From Takakia lepidozioides (Eukaryota > Plantae > Bryophyta): a stretch of DNA of 64,000 nt. Numbering within the stretch: the stretch's first letter is position 1; every line of letters starts with the position of its first letter. The stretch is taken from assembly GCA_030704615.1 (NCBI GenBank), contig CM060733.1:47616001-47680000 (forward strand), in the 5' to 3' direction. This document shows positions 33,074-47,535 of the stretch, piece by piece. The notes under the pieces were generated by a model. It searched no databases and was not told the origin of the DNA. It was given only the letters and a program-made list of their open reading frames with translations. A program made the position numbers and the translations under genes.

Positions 33074-36000
33074 ATGGAATCTATAACAGGGAGGGAGAGT
33101 GTATTGCACCATATCTCTCTTCCTGCTCGTCGGGATTATCAGCTACGAAGCTGTCCTGCGAAGATCAGTGTCAAAGATGCAACTGTACACCTACCTGCTC
33201 CGGAGTTCTTCTCCCGAACTGTTAGCTTTCACGCGCCACATGGGAAGCTTCCTTCCGTCTACACTAAGTCAGCCGGTGATAGAGAAAGCTTGGTGGGTGG
33301 CCCTTTACCGAGCCGGACTACACCTGCTGGGAGTGACGACCAGTGCCATAATGGATTCGGTGGCTTCCATGCACGTCAAGGGAGTGAAGACTCCATGGCT
33401 ACACCAGAGGTTGGTTCTAGCGCATGTGAGAGCTTTAGATCGGCGGGCAGTCAAGATCAGGAGAGTCTGGCATCATGGGAAGAGGGAGTTCCATCAGCAG
33501 GGACCATCGTTCGGAATCAGAAGATGGATGCTGAGGAGGCCATTCAATCTTCTACGAGACATCCCGTTGGTCGAGGGGTGAAGGAAAGAGAACCTGTTCT
33601 TCGTGATAACAATGTGAAGTCAATGTACCCCCTTACCTCCAGAAAGTGTGTTAGTGGAGAGTTGAAGGGCACTGACTGCAGCGCACCAAAGAAATTAGAA
33701 AACCCACGAAGATCTGTCAGCGGCGAGCTTGGGCTGGTGGCCTCCGACAGCAGAAAGAAATCCAGTTCGGAATCAGGTTGGAAACAGACAACTCCAAAGG
33801 TCGCCGTCTCCAGCAACTCAAGGCCAGGGGAGATAGGTGCTGTCCGTGGTGTCCAAAATCGCGGAGATAGCAAACGGAGGCCTACTGCTTCCATAGCTTG
33901 GGACAGTCTTAATAAATCACCAGAGGACAGCCCGCAGAGGGAAGTTGTAGCAATTCCATTCAAGTGGGAGGAGGCCCCAGGTAGGCCCAAGACGATCGCA
34001 GCAGCAGCTGAGAGAGCGTTAGCCAGAAAGCTATCCAGAGAGGGGCCGCAGAGGAATACTTGCAGGGATACAAGTAAGAGTACTCCTTCTCTGGAAGATT
34101 ACACTTCAAGTGATCAGTCTGCTGCTGGGACGGGAAGGGAGCAATATCGAACAACCGGGGACGTGGACCGCAGTTTCAGCAACAGCCACAGATATTACTA
34201 TGCAAGGTTGAGTTCTAAGGAGAGAAGCTTTGGGGCAAGGTCCTTCACGGAAAGTGACCATTTGATTTCTGAAGTGGAGACGGAAGCCCACATTGATCTG
34301 GTAGCTCCCTCTGCTGCAAAATTTCTGGTAGAGAGTTGTGGTTCCCCAAATGCCACACCGCTAACAAAACCGGCAGCTGTGCCTTTCAAGTGGGAAGAGA
34401 CTCCTGGTAAGCCCAAGGTCGATGCAGGGGCGCCAAAGCTGTGCGCCCTTCAGTTACCCCCTCGGCTAGTAATTCCCCCTCAAAAGCCAGATTCCATAAG
34501 CAGAGAAGGCAGACTTCGTCACAAGAACCAGTCTATGAGCGGTCCACTTTCTGGTTTTTACCCTCCCTCCAGCAACCAGTCTTCCCCTTTCCGGAGGCAT
34601 CAATCCCCTCCGGTCAAGCGATCGTGCTCTCCTTCCAAGAGATCCTGCTCTCCTTCAAGGATTCAGGCTTTGGCCAAACATTTAACTCGCAAGGGCCCTT
34701 CCATCCCAAGCACACCACCGCGCACCTACTCACTGGAGGATCTCAATTGGCCAGTGCAAGCAAAACATCTTCGGCACACCTTTACGTCTGGCTGCAACTC
34801 CATTCCCATTGAGAAATGTATAGTAAAACCCAAAGGTGCCACCGATTTCCGCCTAGGCAAGAGTGTCTCGGGCGCTTTTTCTGGGCCAGTTTTGAGCACT
34901 CCTTCCAGTGAGCAGGATCTGAATTGGCCTATGCAATCGAAAAAACTCAGGAACACCACTTCTGGCAACTCTGATCGCCTTGAGGGTAAGAGGACCAAGG
35001 TCAGAGGTCCTACTGACCACCCCCTGTGGAGAAGTTCCTCGGGCGCTCTTTCTGGGTCGGTTTCCAGCATCCCACCCTGTGAGGTACCCCACAGCTCAGA
35101 GCTTTCTTCCTCTGACCGGTGGTCTGACAATCAACACCTAAGAGTATCCGCTATTGACCCATCATCACCCAGAAGTATTCTTTGTGGTCCTAGTGGGGAT
35201 AGCAAGACAACCACTTCAGTGCCCTCCTCTGGTTCTGACATAGATTCTCATGCGCAGTCAGCCACTCCTCCATCCATTTCTCTTTCGAAGTCCCTTTCGA
35301 CTGTATCATATGAGTCTTTTGAGCAATCATTTCGAGAAGAAGCTAGCCCTACTTCTACTTTTCCCCCACCTTGGGATGCAGGTCCAAGTTCCCCACTTGG
35401 TTCTCCCTACCTTGGGCCGACTACAGATGACTACATGGCTGATCAGGGGGGAGGAGGAGCTTCTGAGGGTATGAAAGCCCTCATCAAGCTGTGCAGAACA
35501 GGTTCCAGCTGGAGGAAGTCTAAGAACCAGCAAAAGTTTGGGCCAATCTACAGTCCAGAGGTTTGGGAACCTACTCTTGCAACCTATTTTCAAGGCCTTG
35601 AACTCGATCAGGCAGCCACCATGAGTGGACTGGGTGAAAGCCATGCTGGTGTTGTAACCAATATGTCGCAGGTTGACAAAGAGACTGCAAATCAGGAAGA
35701 ATCAAGTCCCATGGAGTCTCCAAAAGGTCCAACAAGATTGCCCTACACGATGCCGTCTGTTGCTGACCCAGATACAGGGGGGAGGGACCAATGCAGGTCC
35801 CCTGATACAGACTTTTCAACATGTCTAGGTGTCAGATTATCACCGGCTACATTTTTCTCACCTGCAAGATTTCTCTCAAGAGGCGAGATCTGGTCAAGTT
35901 TGGATGTCCCAGGCCGGGGCTACAAGCATTCTGTGCCTGCAGCACCTACCAACCATGTGGAGGAGGGGTATCGGTCACCAGCCTATGCCGCTACATTGGA

Positions 36001-36109
36001 GTTGTTGTCGCCCTCTGCCAACCTCATTCTGAAGAGAAGGAAGGGGGTGGGGAAGACATGCAGTGTGTATTTTCCCTCACCGAAGATACAATCAAGAACA
36101 AGCTTTGTT
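33074..36109 (+). CDS. DUF688-family Ser/Pro-rich protein, large coding exon
   Basis: ORF of over 1000 aa with two (I/V)PFKWEE.PG.PK motifs and LQLPPRL. Probable donor GTT|GTGAGT at 36110, although the ORF runs on to 36190. Downstream exon not resolved. Confidence 0.75.
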
Positions 36110-38740
36110 GTGAGTACTCATATCTTATTCCATTCTCATGTCCGAGCTTCATTAAAAAGAAATGAGAGGACGGTGAGGGGAGGAATTTGAATGTGTAGTG
36201 ACCAACACAGTGGTGTTTGCTTATGGTGATGTTGAACTTACCGGCTCACCATTAGCTTAGTCCTAATTTACACATACAGGGGAGGGAGGTACTTCAATTA
36301 TTCTGCTGGTAATGTTTACAAGGGTAGTAGTGACTGTGATGCGCAGATTGTCACAAGCGTGTTCGCTTGACTCATTTTCATGTGGGTTGAGTGGTGGACA
36401 CAGGAGGCGATGTGCAAGTCTCTCAAGCATGCTATCTATAAGTGTGCCCGGAGGTGTGGCCGTAAAACAGGGGCACTGCTGTACCACGAAGATCATGGTG
36501 TCTCTCACACAGAATTTAGTTTCTGCAAGGTATGACCAATTTTGGTTTGTTTCCTGCAGTTGATGTTTCTGAGACTCTGTTTTAGAATGGTTCCTCCCTT
36601 CATCTCTCCCTGTCATACAGATTAGTAGGTGTGGACAAGGGGACTGCCAACCTGCATGTAAGTACTAACTCAATTTTCTTCTTCCTGGCTTGCAGCCAAC
36701 TTGAACAAAAGCTGTGGTTGACACAGGCAAGATTGGCTCAGGGTGTGTTGGAGCCCTGCAATTTTGGCCTTCTGATGAAAGACATGAGTTAGTGATGACA
36801 TCATTCACATAATTATACTACTGAAAGTGCTTGTGCATCCACCTGTTGGTTGATGCACTTGCTGGATTCCTAGCAGGCCCTTCAAGGTATGGATTGCTGT
36901 AGCATGCGAGAGCCTCGGAAAGAGGCCCTTAGTTTGAGGAAGGGAAGGAATCTCTTGTTTGTTCTGGTTTCTCCAAATTACAAAAATTTCTCAGTGGCGA
37001 CCCCAAATGGGGCATGGCCGCCAATCTTTCTGACAGCCAAATGATGGCAGTGTATATCAGTGCAGTACCCAGAATTTTTTAGAGACTGTTCTGTACTTGA
37101 AATTTTTTGCAGTATATGTTTCTTTTGTTTGACAATCTCAGAGCGGCCCCATGAAGACAGTCGCGCCATTGACTGTGCTCATGGCACAATGTTAAGTTTC
37201 CAAAGGATGAGAATGTTTTAATTTGGATCTCTGAGAAATGAATTGTTGCATTCCCGCGTGTGTAATCCATGGCTATGGTGCTTATTATGTGTGTGTTTTC
37301 AAACTAAAGCCAACCAGCAGCTCTGCATTCCAGAGTACTATATCCTTTTCGAAGTTGCCCCACCTGAAAATTTGTTCCATCACTTCCCTTGAAGCGCCTT
37401 CAATCAGTTCTCTTGGTTACAATAGTCAATGTCCACACAGGCTAAAGCCCCACCAAGGACTGAACTGAAGATGGAATATGGCACGCATGCACACATTGCA
37501 TAACAGACACAAAACCAGTACTCTAAAAACAAGGTCGGCAGTGTTCAGTAAGTTTCATGCGATGCCTTTCGACTTCTTGACAATGTGATCTTCCATTAAA
37601 ATGCCTACTTTACAGAGTTCAATCCTGGTTATGCCATTGCATCTGCTCATGGGAATGCTACAGATTTTTAATTTGGTCTGATACAGGTGCTCAACTCCAT
37701 GCCCAACAGTAGCAAGCCTCTTGTAGAGATTGAAGACTTTGAGCAATCTCCCAGTTGTCTTTCTTCATCTTCCCGGTACACCTTCCTGTAAGGCAATCCT
37801 TCATCTCCTCACACATGCAGAGATTTTTTTTAGCTTCACAGTTTTATCATGAGCACATTCTCATTTCACAATAGCATAATCTATTGGTTATCAAAGAATA
37901 AGTGAAACATGCCATTTGGCTCATGCTCACATGCTAACCCAACCTCTGTTTGGGTGGATTGTCAAGTGGAACCGTTGCAGTGCTAGTGATCTATCTGGGC
38001 AGGGCACCCCTTTGCAAGGTTCCTTTCACCCATCATTCCCAATCTCATTCTGCGTTATACAGTTGCGGTGGCAGTCCTGGCATACTTCTGTTGAGTGGCT
38101 TCTATAGAATCATGGACCAGTCCCTCATTGCTGGATCTGGTATCACTAAATTCCCCTCATCAAGTCCTGCGAAGCTGCTGTAGCTCACACCAGGCACTAG
38201 TAATTGCTATGAAAATGCCGGATAGATCTTGCTGGGTATCTTGTTGGGTACACCTCTCGTCCTGCAGCGCATTGTTGATGGTATTTTGGAAACCCTCAGA
38301 GAACGTCGAACAGTTCACAAAGGTTTTGAATTCGTTGATGTGCATGGTCAATGGCGCTGCAGTGCTTCAGAATTAAAGCATTACGCAGCCCGAAAAGTGG
38401 TATTGTCTGGCAATCACTCCCCCTTTGGGGCTTTCTAACGCAATGTCTATTACATTGCACTTCGAACCAATGCAAACAACTTCAGGGCATTTGAATTTAG
38501 ACCTCGTGAAGTCCTGTATCTTCTACTGTTAGCTGCATAAACAGCTTGATTGATACCACTGTCCCACTCCTAGCTATAGATGGACATACATATCCAAATA
38601 GTAAAACTAGCCATAAAGTCATACCGATTTTCATGCCAGACAGAGGCGCACAGGGCTACATTTGTCAAATTGATACTTTGACAAATTTCTTGAGACAAGA
38701 ATGAAACCTGGACTATTGCCACTAGAAACCTTCAATCACA

Positions 38741-41700
38741 TCATGTCCTGACCTTCTTTCCAAAAGGGGTCGATATGGCCTTCTTACTGCCTCTCTCCCT
38801 CTTCCTCCTCATCACATGCGACAGTACATCCAGACCCTCATCCTTCACAACGGATTTATCATACTTGATTGGATCAATTATTACACCTGCACTTCGTATC
38901 TCCTGCATCATCAAAGTTGTACAAGGGTCAGGACATTTCTGATGACCCTATTAGGAAACTGAGCAAAAAGTGCTCTACAGATAATTCCTTGCCACTGAGA
39001 TCCTGGTAATACATGCAGCTCAGATGAACATAGTGCACATGCACATGGTAAGCTGCTGACAGTAACAATGTTATCTTCAGTTCTCGACATAATGCATCCA
39101 AGACCATTAGCAGGACATAGCACAAACACATTACCATAGAAGCTTCTGTCCGGGAACAGTGGATGGTTTTATTCAACCGATGCTTGTTGGCATCGGTTAG
39201 GCATGTGATGATCCAACCATTGAGCCCTCTCAAAGCTCAAATTTTTTCCCAAAAAAAGTTCAAAATGCTCACGAGAGCCCCACAAAATCTGCAACTACTT
39301 CTCTGCAAAAATCTGAAAATGTTCACAAGTTCGGTACTCACAGCAGGACGGATCATGTCTCGGAAAACCTGGTCAGTGTTGTATTCCCTGCCAATTGGCA
39401 TGCGCATGCTTTTCTCAAAGACTTCTCTTGACTTGTATGGGAAGGGCACAATCGGCGTCATAAACTTTGCTGCCTGAATCACAACACCAGATCCTTATGA
39501 CCAAAGCTTGCATGCGTAACGTGCAATTGCGCAAACTCACAGTCACCAACTGAGTGGACAAACATGAGTCAAGCTCTTGTCTGAATGGTAATACTGAGAC
39601 AAATCCATGCTCAAAATGTCCTGCTGGCACTGAGCCAGTTCCATTGTTCAACATAACCTACCTCATCAAATGAGAACATCTTCAACTTCCTTGGCAAACA
39701 CAAGCCATCAACTATGACATGCACAACAAGAAAGTGCGAACATACTGTACCTTCTTGTCCATCTTTTCAGAGATCATGACGTACTTCAGCTTTGCATCTT
39801 TTCTTTTGTTCACTGCCACATCTCTCTTTCTCTTAAGATTATTTTGCTCCTGCAGAATCCATGCAGGCGGACCCTTTTTTTGCTGGATGTGAGTCCACTG
39901 CCCCCACCCTGGCAAGCTCAAGGTCCCATCAGCTCGTGGAACCTCTTCATCAACTGCATGTGCCTTGGCTTCTTGGAACTCTGCTTCAACATCATCTCCA
40001 GCAAACGCTCGCCGAATCAGTTCTTCTTGTGAGGCTGACGCATCAAGCAACCTCATCCCTTGTTCCTTCTCTTGTTCCCCCTCCTCTGCCTCCTGCTCTC
40101 TCACCATGCTGCCTGCCTGTACTTGTGCTGCAGGGGTGGAAGGAACAACTATTTCATGTCCACCCTTTTGCCCAGGTGCAATAGCTTGATGCTCTTTCAA
40201 CTTTGTTGAAACACCTGCCATAGCTACAGAGATCTTCTTGCTCACCACACCTGTCTGCTTATTCATGGACTTTTCTGCTTTGCGCCCCCATTGCCTTTCC
40301 TCACCAGAAGCACCTGGCCGTGATGAGGGCCTCTCCCTTTCAGTCTGGTCTTGAGGATTCCCAAAGAGACAAGGATTATTTCCTACAACAACGTTCCCAG
40401 AGGTACTTGGTGCTTCACTATAATTCCCAGAGCAATTAGACCCCGCCCTCGCTTCCTTCTGTGACAGATTCAAAGGGGCTTTATCAACAGAAATAGGACC
40501 CAGCATTTCTGTTCTCTGCCCTCCAGAGATAGCAACCTGCACTAGACAAAAGTTATGTTGAGAAATTGGTCCAAATCCTGTGAACAATCTTCTAAAAAAA
40601 GGAAAACCTAAGCACCCTCGGCTTTTATGACACACATCATTTGACATCAAAACCAAGAATAAAATCGCATCACTGCTGTGTCAATCCCATACCACAGAAA
40701 CAGGAGAGAGAAAGAACAAAAGTTGAATGAACTGCACCCAAAAGGTCCCACAATTCAATAAAATATCACTACAAGGTAGCTGGATGCTTCAACAAATTGG
40801 AATAAAGGTAACTTTCACCTTTTCCAGTTGTTGGTCCTCATCTCCAATCAACACTGACTCATCCCCAGTCACTAATTTTTCAGATTCGAACCTGCCATTG
40901 CTTTTCTCCACTTCATCCCGATGTTCATGGGATCCAGTCCCTCCTGTACCATCATCATCCTCAGATAGTTCTGAATCTTCCTCTATTGAATTGTCACTAT
41001 GGAACTTTCCACTTGCATTCTTGTTTGTAGTTGATGTTGTCATATCCCCAAATGCCAGCCGCCCTGAATGTGATTCACCATGTGTCTGGCCATCTACAGC
41101 TTCACCTACTTTGGTCCCTTCAAGGACACTATCATCCTGTTCAGCTTGTTCCAATTGCTCCAGAACACCCATGGCCTCCTCCTGAGCCTCCTTCCGCTTC
41201 TTCTCTATGGCACGAGTCTGCAGACACACACCTTTTGTGTCAGATGGTCACCAATCATTCCTTATTCTAATCTTTATACAACTTAAACATGTTGCAAGTG
41301 TGCACGAGGGTGTTGACCAAACAAAAGGTTGACGCCTGCTGAAGCAATGGGCCATCTCTTGGATGCTACGGCGTTGACAACAACGAATCTACATCAAAAG
41401 CCAGGCTGCCAGCTCCCGTAAGGAAGCCTCAATCAGCCTTGATTTCATCCTAGTTAACTGCTGGCACTCAGCCTTGTGAAGTCAAAGGGAACTGGCAGCT
41501 CCAAGGTGGAACCTACAAGGATCTGTAACATCATCCATGCTGGCACTACCTCATTGATGGCACTTGTTTATGTCATATGGGATTAATGAATGGAGCCTGA
41601 CAACCTGTTCTCTACTCCAGTATGGCAGATGCAAAACTATAAGCTGTCCTCTGACTTGTACCAGCCCAGTACCTACCATAAATGGGAGAGCGAAGAGGCC

Positions 41701-44700
41701 AGATGTGGGTATTTCCGCTTCCTCATCACCCTGCAGAGCTTGGAATGTTGCCACTTTGGCTTTCGCCAGTAGTTTAGATCTGACCTTCCCACCCACTGCC
41801 AGGCCACCCTGTCCTTCATCTGCCTCCTCATCGCTGCTACTCTCCTCACTGCTGCTCAGAGTGGCTGACTGTATCTTTTTTGTCAACATGGCATGTGTTC
41901 GCAGCTGCTCTGCAATTGCATCTCGGGTGCCATCTTCATTAGCTTTCAAGCCACGTTTCAGTATCCTCTTTGCCCACCGTGATGTGTTCCTGTGTTTCAG
42001 AGTCATGCGCTCCTGCCAAATCCAAGCTTTTGTTTCATAAAATCTTAGGTGAAATGGGTGCTTCATATGTGCTCAATGAAAATTGGGAAATAGCAAGTGG
42101 ACACACATATCCACAAAGTGTGCCACCTGAATGCAACAACAGGCCCTTGGGCAATAAATTAAGCTAGGCATCATTGATTCAGAAATTCATGGAGAGAGTG
42201 GTCCTTCACAAGATAGGCCACTACCAATAGAAATAAATAAGGTTCTCCATAAACTATGCCAGGCATCAGTACTTCAAATATATCCGCACATAAGAAAATG
42301 AAAACAAGAAAGATCACTTAAAAGAAGCGGAGTCGGAGGGAAGGTGGGGGGTGAGAGAGATGTAGGGTAGGGCAAAGCAAAAATTGAAATTGCACCTGAG
42401 CACGCTTCAACTCCTGCTTCAGAACAGCATCTTTCACAGCTTCTGCATCTGTATCCCCTGCATCATAGTTGCTTCTTGACCTATTACCTTTCTGCAACAG
42501 TCGATGGAAAGTCTTGGATTTTATCTTTTTTAATCGTTTTGATTTTTCCTCGTGTTGGAACAAGAGGCTGCGCATTTTGGCCAGCCGTTGCTGCCGTTCC
42601 CTTACCTCCTCCACTGTGAGCTGAATGAAAACAACACCACAGGCAGAGCGCTAAGATAGTTAGTCACAACACAAATACTCTGCACTGCAAAGACATCCTT
42701 TTGCATATTTTCACAATTGTGGATTGAAATTGCTCCACTGGAGAAAGATGAAGCAATTGGAGGAGTAAAGGTGCCTACTTTGGATGCTTCCTGGTCACCT
42801 TCTGATCAGGAAGGTATTCCGAAAGTGACGTTACACAACGACCAGGCATTGCACTAAGCACAATCATACCTACTGAACAATGCCTGAAAAGGAACCGAAA
42901 TTCAGAATAATAAAACAGTAATCACCTCTATGGTTTACAGCCCAGAAAAGGGTGCCGAGACTGAGGCATGGTCGTGCCTAAATGGTAGGGTAGGAAGTGC
43001 GTCACAAGACCTGTCCTCCAATAGCTAGGTGACTATTAATTTTTCCAGAGCCACAAGTGAGTTTAGACAACTGGGATTCAGAATCCTGTGTTTGAACTTG
43101 AACAGAATTCTATACGAAGTCGCGAAGTAGAAGATGTGCAATACCTTGTTTAGCTCAAGAGCTTCTGCTGCCTCCACTTCCTTAACATCACCTAATTTGC
43201 TCTGATGCAGCAAAGAGGCTATCTCCTTCTCCATATCTGTTGTAGGGTTAAACTTGGCTGCCAAAGCAGCAGTTGACTGTGTTACAACCTCCTCCTTTTT
43301 GTTGAACACGCGAGAAGGGGCCTCCCTGTTCTTCTTTACTAGTGGCTGCCATTTGGTAACCTCATCCCTGCTTTTCTCGTAGCCCACCTTCCGCTCCAGC
43401 CTCTCCTGTACCACCTTAGGCAATGGAGCATGCACTGGCTCCCCTCTCCTTTGCAACTGCTGCATACGTTTCCTGAGAGCACCAAACCCAGCTGTATCTT
43501 GAAGTGATGTCATCAGCTCCTCCACACTGATACCCTGCGCTGGATTCAAGTTGTACTCTGATTCGGGGTACACTTCTGACACCACTGTCACCTTCCGCTT
43601 TGTTGCTTTCTCTGTCATGTCAATAATGCACAGATCATAATCTGAGGAGGCCATCCTAAACCAAGATTTCTGCCGAGCCATAGCAACAAACTCGTACCGT
43701 GGAAAATCACTGGGGCAGATGAAACAGTTACAATAACAGACTCGATTTCAAACGTACCACAATTTCTGAGGTGCGCGGTAGTTGCAAAACTCCCCACGAA
43801 AGAGACCTCCCAACATTCCACAAGTATCCAGTTACTACACTGTGTTCATGAAACTTGGTGTAACACTGGTCACTAGCTCTCTGCTACTTCACCTACTCAC
43901 TTGGAATTCACAGGGAAAGGTTAATATTTATTAAAGAGTCTTCCATTTCAGCCCCTCCTCAGAGGTCCCGCAGTGAGGATGTGTAGGACAGGCTGCAGCA
44001 ACCTATACCTTCATATCACCCTCATTTGTGTAACCTCTGGACACCAATCTATGGTGAGAATTCATACCACGGCCAGCCTCTGATGCCTTTCCTGTGACAG
44101 CCTCCAGCATTCGCTGATGCTTTTCTTCTTCGTCTTCTTCATCTTCCTCGTCATCATCGTCCTCCTCTTCGTCTGATGATGGCACACCAAAATCTGGAAA
44201 AGAATCGGCAGACTTGCCAGGCTGTGGCTTTGCAGCTCCCTTGTGAGGCTTGTATTGCATTGGTGATTCTTCTTCCTCTTCTTCATCCTCGTCCTCATCT
44301 TCTTCATCTTCACCCTCGTCACTGTCCAAGCTAACTAAACCTGCAGGGGCAGCAACAATGCCCTTCCTCCGTGTGCTTTTTTTAGTCCCCATGTCGCCGA
44401 ACGCCATCTCTTCCTCGATTTCCTCATCCTACATCCACCGCAGCCCGTTCAACCCTAGGGCATCGAAAGCCTCAATCTTGAGACAGTACCGGTGAGAGAA
44501 AACAATGCATTCAAACATGAAAGGTATTGATTTGTGCTTGACTTCATAGAAGACGATGATGGCAAACACGGACATCTCCGGCTTCCCGATACTTCCCTCT
44601 ACCATCTCATGTAAATGGCACTTTCGGATAAGAGAACCATGGCGACTGGTAGTTTCAATTCAAGACATGAATCCCCAAAACCGTAACATATATGTTATCG

Positions 44701-45181
44701 GCCTAAACCGAAGCTACTACAAGCACACGTAACGGTGGGAAATGTCATTCAATGACCAGCCAATGGTAAAGAAGATAGGCACCTCTCCCCACGCACAGCA
44801 AGTTTCCACTGTCCACCTTACCTGCTGCATTACGATCTGTATAATTTCTACATACAACACACGCACCCGTCCCGCAGATGCAACCACATAAGAGTGACCA
44901 ACCTCGAAGTCAGAGGGCAGCTCATAGTCCAATTGGTCCACTGAATCGTACCGTCGATTCTTGCCTGACTCTTCTTCTGGCAGCTTCTCCTCGTATTCGT
45001 AAACGTCCCCTGGAGCAACATGCTCCTCCTCCTCCTCCTCATCTGGTTTCTTCTTCCCATTGCCCTGATTCAGCTCCTTCAAAAGGCTAGAGGGCCATCG
45101 AGGGTCACCTTTACCTTTCCTCTCATCTCTCCTCGAGTTCTTCCTCAAATGACTACCTTTCTTCCCAAATTGGCGACCCAT
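38741..45181 (-). CDS. UTP14: U3 snoRNA-associated protein 14, about 9 exons
   Basis: Exon peptides: VYEYEE..PEEESGKNRRYD; E..PESEYN; PLPK...ERLERKVGYE....VTKWQPLVKKNREA; AKMRSLLF.HE.K.KR.KKIKSKTFHR; ERMTLKHRNTSRWAKR; AFAGDDVEAEF; LPGWGQW; PFPYKSREVFEKSMRMPIGREYN; AGVIIDPI. Stop at 38741-38743. Confidence 0.93.
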
Positions 45182-45725
45182 TCCGCAGTAAATCCCTGGA
45201 GATCTACAAGCAGATACAAGGAACTCGACAGCGTAGCATGGCCTGCAACTGCAACAGCAAGGGAACAGAGAAGGAGAGAGGAAACCAGAGATGCTTGTAA
45301 ACCCCAGACCCTAAAGCATAAGCCCTACCTCAGTTGCGGATTTTGGATGGACGTGAGCATATTCGTGGATGAACTCGTCGGCGTTTCATATTTTTGGTCT
45401 TGACTGGGCTGTGGCCAGGTGGTATAGCATCATTTTCGTCATCTAAGGGTTCAAACCCCTGTGCTACCTTGGCCGGCTGGGGCTCTGCCCCTCGAAGGGT
45501 TATATATTTATTTATACCCCCCTCAAGCCAGCCTGCCAATTTTTGCGCAAGGGGTTTTGATTCTTACCACCGGTAATGAGTTGAATTAGTCCAAGACAGG
45601 CGGAGCTGGAATATTCATCCATATTTATAGATGGATGAAATATATGATCACGATGTAGTTCACAGGGTCAGGAGACTTAGACAAATGCACAAAAGGATAA
45701 CAGCTACAAAAAAATAAATACCGTA

Positions 45726-45993
45726 CACTCCTCCTTCGATGTCCAGCACATTGCTGCCGAATATTTAATTATTTCAGAGAAAGTAGGTCCGGCTAGATTT
45801 TACAAATTTTGAACAAGTTGGTCACATACATGTAAATTACCTCTAGGGAGGTAATTAGGGTATATCCTCTAGAGGATAACCCTAATGCAGAATTCTTTAT
45901 CGCTTCGACATTGTTTTCTAAATATTTCAGACAAGCAAAATTTGAATTAATAAACGCCGGATATCTAAGGAATGTACGGACATCGAAGGAGTG
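45726..45993. mobile_element. MITE (Tc1/mariner-type) with TA target duplication
   Basis: TA|CACTCCTCCTTCGATGTCC...GGACATCGAAGGAGTG|TA, with internal hairpins at ~45835-45885. Confidence 0.65.
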
Positions 45994-47145
45994 TACACTA
46001 TAGGGCTAACCTTTGCGATGAACTAGAATTGTATTGTTCATCAGTAGTGGTGACTGAAATAAAGGTGCTCGCAAAAGTAGATTTAACTTAGACTCTGGTG
46101 TGCACTACATAGTCAGTCTATTTAGTCCATTGTATAAAATGTACCCTAAACCCGAAACCCTAAAATGTATTGTTTGATTATTAAACTTAAATGAAATCCA
46201 TTGTAGTTTTAAATTTACCAAAACATGTTTTATGAAGGTCCAAATTTTTTAAACTATTTATAAAATTGAATTGGAAAATACTCATTCATACATTTTTTGT
46301 ATGTATTTGTCATCTAAAAAAGAAAGTATAAAAAAGGGTGGGTCATCCCCACAGTGTTACATGCAGATCCCGTGTTTTGTTTTTATCTGGAAGAAAAATG
46401 GTGGATCTGCACTTCAATGTTCAATTTTCACAAGCCGCATCAACCAATAACAACATACCCACATACTCTTACATTCACTATATGAACTTTCAAGCATCCA
46501 CCATGGGATTGGATCTTGGTGGGTTAAGGCTAGCTTTTGACAATAGTCATGCAAGTTCATCAAGGGCTCCATCCAAAGCCACCCCACGAGAAACAAACAA
46601 ACATGTCCAAATTTAAGATGTTGAACAAACTCGTGCACAGGGCTGCACCTCTCATCAAGCTCATTAAAATTCGTATTCACTTCCATCTTCAAGCTTTGGA
46701 GAAGCTCCACCACCCAAACCCAGAATTAGGACAGCACTCTGATTTCCATCTACTCACCAGTTACTTGTCTCCTCAGTTACTTGTGCCAAGAGACAGGACA
46801 AGTAACTGCCACCTTTATCGCTTCATTAATCTCTGGATTCCCCACTGATAGACTAGAATAATTACCTCACATTTCTGTATCAGACTCTTGTGGCACCAGC
46901 TCTCTCTACAACTGAGCTAACCAAAAGCGAAGAAAACAATATTCTCAGCTAGAGGCTTTGTTATTGCAAATTCCCACCAGTGAATGGGATCCAGATGAAT
47001 TTTCCAGTCCCGCTAGAAGTGTTAACCATCAATCACCCTCTTTCATGCATTACCATTGCTGCCGTATCATGTTCACAGCAGCACTGTTGGCGCAGTTGTT
47101 AGATTACCTAAGATAATGACAGGTACTTTTTCTTTGTTGTAAGAA

Positions 47146-47535
47146 TCAGCATGGGGACGCACCAAATTGCTTGCCTGTGGAATACCGCAGTGGAGCAGCA
47201 TCATGGACAGGGGATGGTGTCATAGAGAGGGGTCGAATTGTGTTCTGGACAACCGAATTTTTCCGTGTCAGGCAGCCCTGGGCAAGCTTGGCAAGGAGCG
47301 AGCGGAGGATTGGGCTCACATCCTTAGTAAACTTTATCATGAGGAAGAAGATAAGTCTATAGCCAATGACCATGCCAAAGACAACTGCCAAATCTTCCCA
47401 CTTGCTTCGGTTGGTATCGATCTGATAGAGCATACATATGGAAGCCTATGTAAGACATACGGTAGCGCCAGACGGCCTTAGGCAGATATTTGGGGAGTCG
47501 GGAAAATCCCGCCACCAGCATATATATACCCTGAG
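47146..47535 (-). pseudogene. ABCG half-transporter (ABCG11-like) C-terminal fragment
   Basis: QGIYMLVAGFSRLPKYLPKAVWRY.MSYIGFHMYAL, then a deletion/frameshift, then YQIDTNRSKWEDLAVVFGMVIGYRLIFFLMIK. Confidence 0.8.

Noticed and set aside
37555-38520. Possible degraded minus-strand gene downstream of UTP14
   Set aside because: Only short interrupted frames with no motif I can assign.
46140-46165. Interstitial telomere-like ACCCTAAACCCGAAACCCTAAA
   Set aside because: Only about three degenerate units, which is common in plant intergenic DNA and has no visible link to the PLEs.
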